This document shows, piece by piece, positions 5,951 to 10,250 of a DNA stretch of 10,250 nucleotides. This DNA comes from a virus (taxonomy: Duplodnaviria; Heunggongvirae; Uroviricota; Caudoviricetes). The notes beneath the pieces are model-generated. The model did not search any database. It was not told the DNA's origin and saw only the letters and a program-made list of their open reading frames with translations. Within the stretch, counting starts at the first letter, position 1; the number at the start of each line of letters is the position of its first letter. The stretch is taken from the IMG/VR virus record IMGVR_UViG_3300020200_002792. One strand, given 5' to 3'. A program made the translations under genes and the position numbers.

Positions 5951-6488
5951 CCATCCATCCTTTGAAATCCATATCTTCTTTTGTCAGGGGGATTATAGTT
6001 TTATCTCCAGGAGTCTTTCCAGAAAAAGTTAGTTTATTTACACTGAATTCTTTGCCTGTTAATGGACTTTCTCCGCAATATTGATCGCCTTTGCCCTTTT
6101 TTACATAAGCCAATGTTATATGTGGTTTGTAGGTTGGATGTTTATCTCCATTTTTCAGGGTGGAAATTAGTTTATTTATTTCAAATAGTTTATCTCCAGT
6201 TACATCCATTTTAACAACATCAAAATTCTCGGCATTAAAAAGGGATATTTTACCTATTTTAATTTTAATTGGGCCGAAATTGGAAATTAATTTTTTAACA
6301 TCATTTGGATCATCTGTATGTAATCCAAATTTGGCTGTAATATGTGGGGTATCTTCTTTGCCATCATCTGCCAGGTCTTCGTCTGGTATTTTATTGGTTA
6401 ATTTGAGGACTTGTTTGGCTAAGTATTCAGGTAGATTGAATTGTGTTGATGAAAATTTCCGTACTTTTTCAACTTCTAGTAATAGCAT
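5937..6488 (-). CDS. 2H phosphoesterase, anti-CBASS Acb1-like
   Basis: Two HxT motifs, PHITAKFG (H49) and YKPHITLAY (H123), plus FDVVKMDV and a short C-terminal tail containing Trp. The 2H fold is confident; the Acb1 activity is inferred. Confidence 0.8.
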   Translation of the reverse strand: MLLLEVEKVRKFSSTQFNLPEYLAKQVLKLTNKIPDEDLADDGKEDTPHITAKFGLHTDDPNDVKKLISNFGPIKIKIGKISLFNAENFDVVKMDVTGDKLFEINKLISTLKNGDKHPTYKPHITLAYVKKGKGDQYCGESPLTGKEFSVNKLTFSGKTPGDKTIIPLTKEDMDFKGWMDESL

Positions 6489-6492
6489 GCTT

Positions 6493-6499
6493 TATTTAT
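6493..6499 (-). promoter_or_regulatory. ATAAATA box 4 nt before ATG 6488
   Basis: Minus strand ATAAATA-AAGC-ATG. The box overlaps the TAA of the upstream peptide ORF. Confidence 0.55.
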
Positions 6500-6582
6500 G
6501 CCAAAAATAATACAAAAAGATACCATGCAGCTATTATTAAATTGATAACAATAAGACTAGAAACGAAGAATTTAAGATTCAT
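6496..6582 (-). CDS. Putative 28-aa single-pass membrane peptide (MNLKFFVSSLIVINLIIAAWYLFVLFLA), not in the ORF track
   Basis: ATG 6582 to TAA 6496-6498, ending 7 nt before the 2H gene. Preceded by TAATTT-N5 (-10-like). Almost entirely hydrophobic after a basic residue. Confidence 0.45.
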   Translation of the reverse strand: MNLKFFVSSLIVINLIIAAWYLFVLFLA

Positions 6583-6673
6583 GTCTTAAATTAGTGTTGC
6601 TTTTTTAATTTTAATTTGTTAAAAAGAGAATATGGGCGATGAAGATTTATTCTTTCAGAATAGCGGTTTGTTC

Positions 6674-6913
6674 TTAATTTCTATGCTTTTTGGGGTGATT
6701 GTATGTTTCGGTTTGTTGCTCCAATTCAGCCTTTAAATGAGCCGCTACATCTGCCAATCTTGTAAGACATGCATCCAACTTTTGCCTCATTTGCCATTCT
6801 GTTTTATCTTTGTAGTTTTTAAGCCCGCAACATGTGCATATAGAGATTTCATTGCACATGCTATTCCTGACTTCTTCTACCATCCGATACGCTCTTTCAA
6901 TTGTGCGGTACAT
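6674..6913 (-). CDS. Hypothetical protein (79 aa from ATG 6913) with CTCCG motif and a helical C-terminus
   Basis: MYRTIERAYRMVEEVRNSMCNEISICTCCGLKNY... AAGGGT precedes ATG 6913. The track start at 7024 overlaps a + gene. Confidence 0.7.
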   Translation of the reverse strand: MYRTIERAYRMVEEVRNSMCNEISICTCCGLKNYKDKTEWQMRQKLDACLTRLADVAAHLKAELEQQTETYNHPKKHRN

Positions 6914-7005
6914 CGTTTTACCCTTTTTAGAAAAACATGGTTCTGGTAAACTCTCTCTAGGTATGTCAGCGACTTGATCTGCCGTGCAAGAAAAAAGGAA
7001 AAAAG

Positions 7006-7161
7006 ATGAAAGTATTGGCAGCATATAAAGGATATAAAGGAAGAATATGGTTGTTTCCAGTACACGATTACTCTTCTTTAGGTTTAAAAGCTGGAGATGA
7101 AGTTGATGATAGGAATTTACTGCCTATGCTCAAAAAGATCGCCAAAGAATTCAAATTATGA
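7006..7161 (+). CDS. Small hypothetical protein, 51 aa (MKVLAAYKGYKGRIWLFPVHDYSSLGLKAGDEVDDRNLLPMLKKIAKEFKL), not in the ORF track
   Basis: AAGGA SD upstream of ATG 7006 and protein-like sequence. TGA 7159-7161 overlaps the convergent stop at 7156-7158. Confidence 0.6.
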   Translation: MKVLAAYKGYKGRIWLFPVHDYSSLGLKAGDEVDDRNLLPMLKKIAKEFKL

Positions 7162-7995
7162 TTTAAATTGCCTATAAATTATATTAACATCAGTAAAAGT
7201 AATTGTTTTTTCTATCAAAGGAACAAGCATATTTTTTTGAATTACTGAATATCCTTCAAAAAACCAATAAATTCCCATTAAAGGATTCAGTTGATTTGTA
7301 TATGTTCCTTCTACTGCTGGTATAATCCTTGAACTTATATGTGATTCTCTAAATCCAGGTTGATTTCTGGCAAATTCATATGCTTCTTTGTAATAACGAA
7401 ACGCTTCCCAATTTGGATTCAAGCTACAAGTGCCATAAAAAGCATTATCTTTAATTAATTCTGCTATGTTTTTAAGAGCCGATTCTGTCGATAATCCTTC
7501 TTCTATTTCTGTACCCATACCAATACAAGCCAATATAGTTTTTATATGTCCATAACTTTGCAAATCAAAATCTTTTATTGCTGCTAAAGAAACTGTATCT
7601 TCCAAGATGGTGCCAGGATTAGATTCATCACCATGCATGATTGAATCAACTCCACCATCAACCATTATAATTAGGTCTATTTCATTAATTTTCACTATTT
7701 CTTGGATTGCTTTTTTAACAGGAATAACACCTAGTTTGTTAATTTGCCAAACTTCTTTTTTTGTGAAATCGGCCAACCAACCTTCTGGGAAATAGTCAGT
7801 TCTTGTATTTTTTGTAATTTTCTCAGCATGCAATTTAGGATCGGACATTTTCGCTAAACTGTAATTTGCAAAAGTTATGTTGTAATTGTCTTTTAATTTA
7901 AAATACAGTGGAAGTCCAGCATAAATGTCAAAACCTCCACCTATTCCGATTATAAGGATATTATTAATGTCTATCAAATCAAAAGGTAAATTCAT
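7156..7995 (-). CDS. DUF1152-family protein (279 aa from ATG 7995)
   Basis: ILIIGIGGGFDIYAGLPLY, LIIMVDGGVDSIMHGDESNPGTILEDTVSLAA, ACIGMGTE and YKEAYEFA are DUF1152-type motifs. The track TTG start at 8022 lies in the divergent promoter region. Confidence 0.8.
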   Translation of the reverse strand: MNLPFDLIDINNILIIGIGGGFDIYAGLPLYFKLKDNYNITFANYSLAKMSDPKLHAEKITKNTRTDYFPEGWLADFTKKEVWQINKLGVIPVKKAIQEIVKINEIDLIIMVDGGVDSIMHGDESNPGTILEDTVSLAAIKDFDLQSYGHIKTILACIGMGTEIEEGLSTESALKNIAELIKDNAFYGTCSLNPNWEAFRYYKEAYEFARNQPGFRESHISSRIIPAVEGTYTNQLNPLMGIYWFFEGYSVIQKNMLVPLIEKTITFTDVNIIYRQFKS

Positions 7996-8007
7996 ACCAT
8001 AATATAG

Positions 8008-8035
8008 TTTACATTTCTTCAAATTGGGATATAAT
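8008..8035 (+). promoter_or_regulatory. Sigma70-type promoter, leaderless to ATG 8041
   Basis: TTTACA (8008-8013)-N16-TATAAT (8030-8035)-N5-ATG. On the other strand, TATATT-N5-ATG 7995. Confidence 0.6.
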
Positions 8036-8040
8036 ATGGC

Positions 8041-8337
8041 ATGCAGCTACGTCAAAAACTAATCAAAAACTTTCTAGGAGAATTCACTACTTTTAACGAT
8101 TTTTCAAAAAAAGAAAGAGAATTTACTTTACAATCCTTACAAGAAGCGTTAAACTTACTACAAGAATATCCTGATGAAAGCAACTCTTGTGAAATTTTAA
8201 ATTTAGTTAAAACCAGTTTGGAAAAGAAATGCCCAACTAAAGAAGAAACTTTTTGCATTATTGAAGCATTAAGCCTTCTATTGAGAAAAGAAGTTCTTCC
8301 AAGACACGTAAACAAAGCATCCGGGTTAATTCCATGA
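8041..8337 (+). CDS. Hypothetical helical protein (98 aa)
   Basis: First ORF of a tightly coupled + operon, with an ATGA overlap with the next gene. Confidence 0.7.
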   Translation: MQLRQKLIKNFLGEFTTFNDFSKKEREFTLQSLQEALNLLQEYPDESNSCEILNLVKTSLEKKCPTKEETFCIIEALSLLLRKEVLPRHVNKASGLIP

Positions 8338-8822
8338 GCATTGACGTTAGCACATATGTTGGACCGTTTGCTGTAAATCAAGTCAAAGAAATAGAATCCA
8401 AAAGGAAATTAAAGACTTGTCCGCAAGAATCCTGTAGTCAACATGATATGCATATGGGAACCGCATTTTGCCATGTGTGCGGCACAAAAGTTGTTGAAAT
8501 TGAAATCCCTGTAACAACTTTTATTGCTGCCCATGAAGTCCAAGAAAAGATAAAAGACGCACTAACAGAACCAATGGGCGACTGGTTTCGTGATTGGAGA
8601 TTACATAATAAAAAGCAAATTTGGATTGCTAATAGAAAATTGAATGTTCCTAGAGAAACATATAGCGTCAGATATGAAACAGGTGTTTTTCCATTTGAGC
8701 CTAAATTAATGTATGATGAAGTTAAAGTGTTCAAGGAACAATTCGCTAATGAGCTTAAAATTATTGAGGAAATATATGGGAATATTTCCTTCGAATGGGG
8801 CATGATTAAAATGGTGTGGTAA
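8334..8822 (+). CDS. Hypothetical zinc-ribbon-containing protein (162 aa)
   Basis: TCPQESC...AFCHVCGTK cysteine pattern. Coupled to both neighbours. Confidence 0.75.
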   Translation: MSIDVSTYVGPFAVNQVKEIESKRKLKTCPQESCSQHDMHMGTAFCHVCGTKVVEIEIPVTTFIAAHEVQEKIKDALTEPMGDWFRDWRLHNKKQIWIANRKLNVPRETYSVRYETGVFPFEPKLMYDEVKVFKEQFANELKIIEEIYGNISFEWGMIKMVW

Positions 8823-8823
8823 A

Positions 8824-9066
8824 ATGAAAATTAAATATGAACTAGTTGATAAAGAAATTCATTTTAGCTACAATGACAATACGCAGTCAGTAAAAGGAAC
8901 AATTCCAAACAAGATAGCAAAACAGGGCCAAAAATATATTAAGGAACATGCAGAAAAATTTGTAGAAAAAACAATTGTTGATAGAGAAAAGCGAAGCGCT
9001 ACATTTCGTGCTTTTAATGAAAATCCTAATTTTAAGATAAAATATAATATAAAGGCAAGACGCTAG
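8824..9066 (+). CDS. Hypothetical protein (80 aa); possibly the N-terminal half of a gene continuing in 9048-9329
   Basis: ATG 1 nt after the previous stop and coding-like composition. Confidence 0.65.
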   Translation: MKIKYELVDKEIHFSYNDNTQSVKGTIPNKIAKQGQKYIKEHAEKFVEKTIVDREKRSATFRAFNENPNFKIKYNIKARR

Positions 9067-9329
9067 AAGGAAGAATAGTAAATTCAGAAAACAATAGATT
9101 AACTGTAGAATTAGACAAACCATTTTGGGGTACAGGTTGTGTTTATTATGGCTGGGCCTCTAGTATGGCTGGCAAATACATTCATGAAAAAAGTGATACG
9201 CCTGCTTTTTCTGAAGCTGCAATAGAATCAGCAAAACGCATTATGGCAAGTATTTATGACGAAGAAAAATATAAATTAGAAAACAAAGATAAATTTGACT
9301 TAATAGATGCTTTAAATGAAGAGGAATAA
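9048..9329 (+). CDS. 93-codon open frame without a conventional 5' start (YKGKTLEGRIVNSENNRLTVELDKPFWG...DALNEEE), not in the ORF track
   Basis: Open from the TAA at 9045-9047 to the TAA at 9327-9329, which abuts ATG 9330. The first in-frame ATG is at 9165, giving 54 aa. Confidence 0.6.
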   Translation, partial: YKGKTLEGRIVNSENNRLTVELDKPFWGTGCVYYGWASSMAGKYIHEKSDTPAFSEAAIESAKRIMASIYDEEKYKLENKDKFDLIDALNEEE

Positions 9330-9644
9330 ATGGAAAAAGAATTGAAAGCTAAATGGATAGAGAAGCTAAGAAGCAGCGAATACAAACAAGGTAGAATGTT
9401 TTTGCGAACTTGTGAAAATTCTTATTGTTGTTTGGGTGTGTTGTGCGACATTCTTTATCCTGATAGATGGATTAAGGAAAGGGGGAATTATATGATTGCA
9501 AATAACATTACCTGCCTTCCTGGAAGCATTGGTGTAAAACAAGACCTAATTAGATGGGAAAATGATCTTATTGATATGAATGATAGCGGAATTAGTTTTA
9601 ATGAGATAGCTGATTTTATTGAAAGAGAAGTTCCTGGTGAATGA
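9330..9644 (+). CDS. Conserved phage hypothetical protein (W..xLRS..YxQG...CCLGVLC family)
   Basis: KWIEKLRSSEYKQGRMFL...CCLGVLCDIL...NDSGISFNEIADFIE is a pattern recurring in many phages. GAGGA SD upstream. Confidence 0.8.
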   Translation: MEKELKAKWIEKLRSSEYKQGRMFLRTCENSYCCLGVLCDILYPDRWIKERGNYMIANNITCLPGSIGVKQDLIRWENDLIDMNDSGISFNEIADFIEREVPGE

Positions 9645-9649
9645 TTAAA

Positions 9650-9721
9650 CGGCCCTTAGCTCAATGGCAGAGCGCCGAACTCATAATTCGTTGGTTGTAG
9701 GTTCGAATCCTACAGGGCCGA
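9650..9721 (+). tRNA. tRNA with CAT anticodon, most likely tRNA-Ile2 (lysidine, reads AUA); CCA not encoded
   Basis: 7-bp acceptor stem 9650-9656/9714-9720, D stem GCTC/GAGC, anticodon loop CTCATAA (CAT 9682-9684), T arm GTAGG-TTCGAAT-CCTAC and discriminator A9721. It has C4-G69 and C5-G68 (TilS determinants) and lacks initiator features. Confidence 0.9.
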
Positions 9722-10117
9722 CTACTTAGAATGTCGCATTCTTTTTTCTTCTTTTTCACCTTCAGATTCAGGAATGTCATACCCATATTCTCTAGCTTTA
9801 TCTGTAATTTGAGCAGCAACTTGGAAAATAATGACCCAAGCTGGTGCTGGCCCTCCTGACAACATACGCATAAAACCACCCCGTTTAAGTTCTGGAGCAT
9901 TTGGCCAAAATTTTTGTTGAATAAGCTGTGCAATGTGCATAAAAGGTTTTGATCTGCCAACTGCAAATCCTCGACTTTCTGAATCATTTTTTTCCAAAGC
10001 TTCGGCACTAATTTCAGCGATATCAGGTGGTAATTTACCTAATAATATCATTTCTTTAACATCTTCATCAGCTTCGAACAATTTTTCCATTTCTTTTTTT
10101 AAACTAAATTTAGGCAT
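9722..10117 (-). CDS. Hypothetical protein (131 aa)
   Basis: AAGGAG SD upstream and protein-like sequence. The stop TAG sits immediately at the tRNA 3' end. Confidence 0.75.
   Translation of the reverse strand: MPKFSLKKEMEKLFEADEDVKEMILLGKLPPDIAEISAEALEKNDSESRGFAVGRSKPFMHIAQLIQQKFWPNAPELKRGGFMRMLSGGPAPAWVIIFQVAAQITDKAREYGYDIPESEGEKEEKRMRHSK
9728..9747 (+). terminator. Possible weak terminator after the tRNA
   Basis: AGAATG-TCG-CATTCT 6-bp AT-rich stem followed by a T run. It lies within the antisense gene and may be chance. Confidence 0.25.
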
Positions 10118-10128
10118 AATTTTTCTCC

Positions 10129-10248
10129 TTACTCAAAATTAGCTAACAAATACACATTACTTTTTTCTGGGATATAATTTCTAGAATTATTAGTAGTCAA
10201 AAACCAATACCAATTTTCTGCTTTAGCTGGGTTAACCGCTGTACCCCA
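10129..10248 (-). CDS. 3' end of a gene entering from the right edge (...WGTAVNPAKAENWYWFLTTNNSRNYIPEKSNVYLLANFE)
   Basis: This is the only minus frame open from the edge. Its TAA (10129-10131) overlaps the AAGGAG SD of the next gene. Confidence 0.6.
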   Translation of the reverse strand, partial: WGTAVNPAKAENWYWFLTTNNSRNYIPEKSNVYLLANFE

Positions 10249-10250
10249 CC

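Noticed and set aside
4668-6510. Track ORFs 4668-4871(-) and 6160-6510(+)
   Set aside because: Antisense shadows of the M14 and 2H genes.
6632-6736. 34-aa + ORF MGDEDLFFQNSGLFLISMLFGVIVCFGLLLQFSL with an apparent TM helix
   Set aside because: The hydrophobic part is the antisense of an A-rich coding end (6674-6736), which yields such peptides by default, and start signals are weak.
6914-7024. Lipoprotein-like extension MLPILSSFFLFSC of the 6674 gene
   Set aside because: Derives from the reverse complement of the purine-rich SD region of the 7006(+) gene and has no basic n-region. ATG 6913 is preferred.
7023-7040. Tandem ATATAAAGG x2
   Set aside because: Only two copies, encoding YKG-YKG. 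No array structure.
6737-9123. Track ORFs 6737-6949(+), 6877-7065(-), 7607-7795(+), 8052-8381(-), 8438-8803(-) and 8887-9123(-)
   Set aside because: Overlap better-supported genes in antisense or alternative frames, with F/L/I/S-biased shadow composition.
9661-10142. Track ORFs 9661-10008(-) and 9933-10142(+)
   Set aside because: Alternative or antisense frames of 9722-10117; the first also runs through the tRNA.
1-10250. Stop-codon recoding (alternative genetic code) as the cause of broken frames
   Set aside because: Long recognisable genes are intact in code 11, TAA, TAG and TGA all serve as genuine ends, and the breaks are frame changes rather than in-frame stops.
1-10250. CRISPR array, rRNA, integrase or structural phage genes
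   Set aside because: No regularly spaced direct repeats or matching motifs were seen.

Overview
AT-rich (roughly one third GC, by eye), very gene-dense window with about 11 strand switches, overlapping convergent gene ends and many short orphan ORFs. It most resembles an accessory region of a large dsDNA (jumbo-type) phage. That origin is an inference: no capsid, terminase or polymerase gene is visible. Recognisable products are a FAD-dependent thymidylate synthase (thyX), a CX5R protein-tyrosine-phosphatase-like enzyme, a signal-peptide His/Cys caspase-fold (DUF4347-like) protein, a J-domain protein, an AlkB-family dioxygenase, an M14 Zn-carboxypeptidase, a 2H phosphoesterase resembling anti-CBASS Acb1, a DUF1152 protein and a CAT-anticodon tRNA (probably Ile2). 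The window opens with the right end and omegaRNA-like scaffold of an IS200/IS605 (TnpB) element. Several real-looking small genes are missing from the ORF track (593-754, 2173-2363, 6496-6582, 7006-7161, 9048-9329, 10129-10248). Two of these appear split by a -1 frame discontinuity. Two promoter classes (sigma70-like TAnnnT-N5/6-ATG and T4-late-like ATAAATA-N4-ATG) sit directly against start codons, implying leaderless mRNAs. All family assignments are from motif recognition, not database searches.
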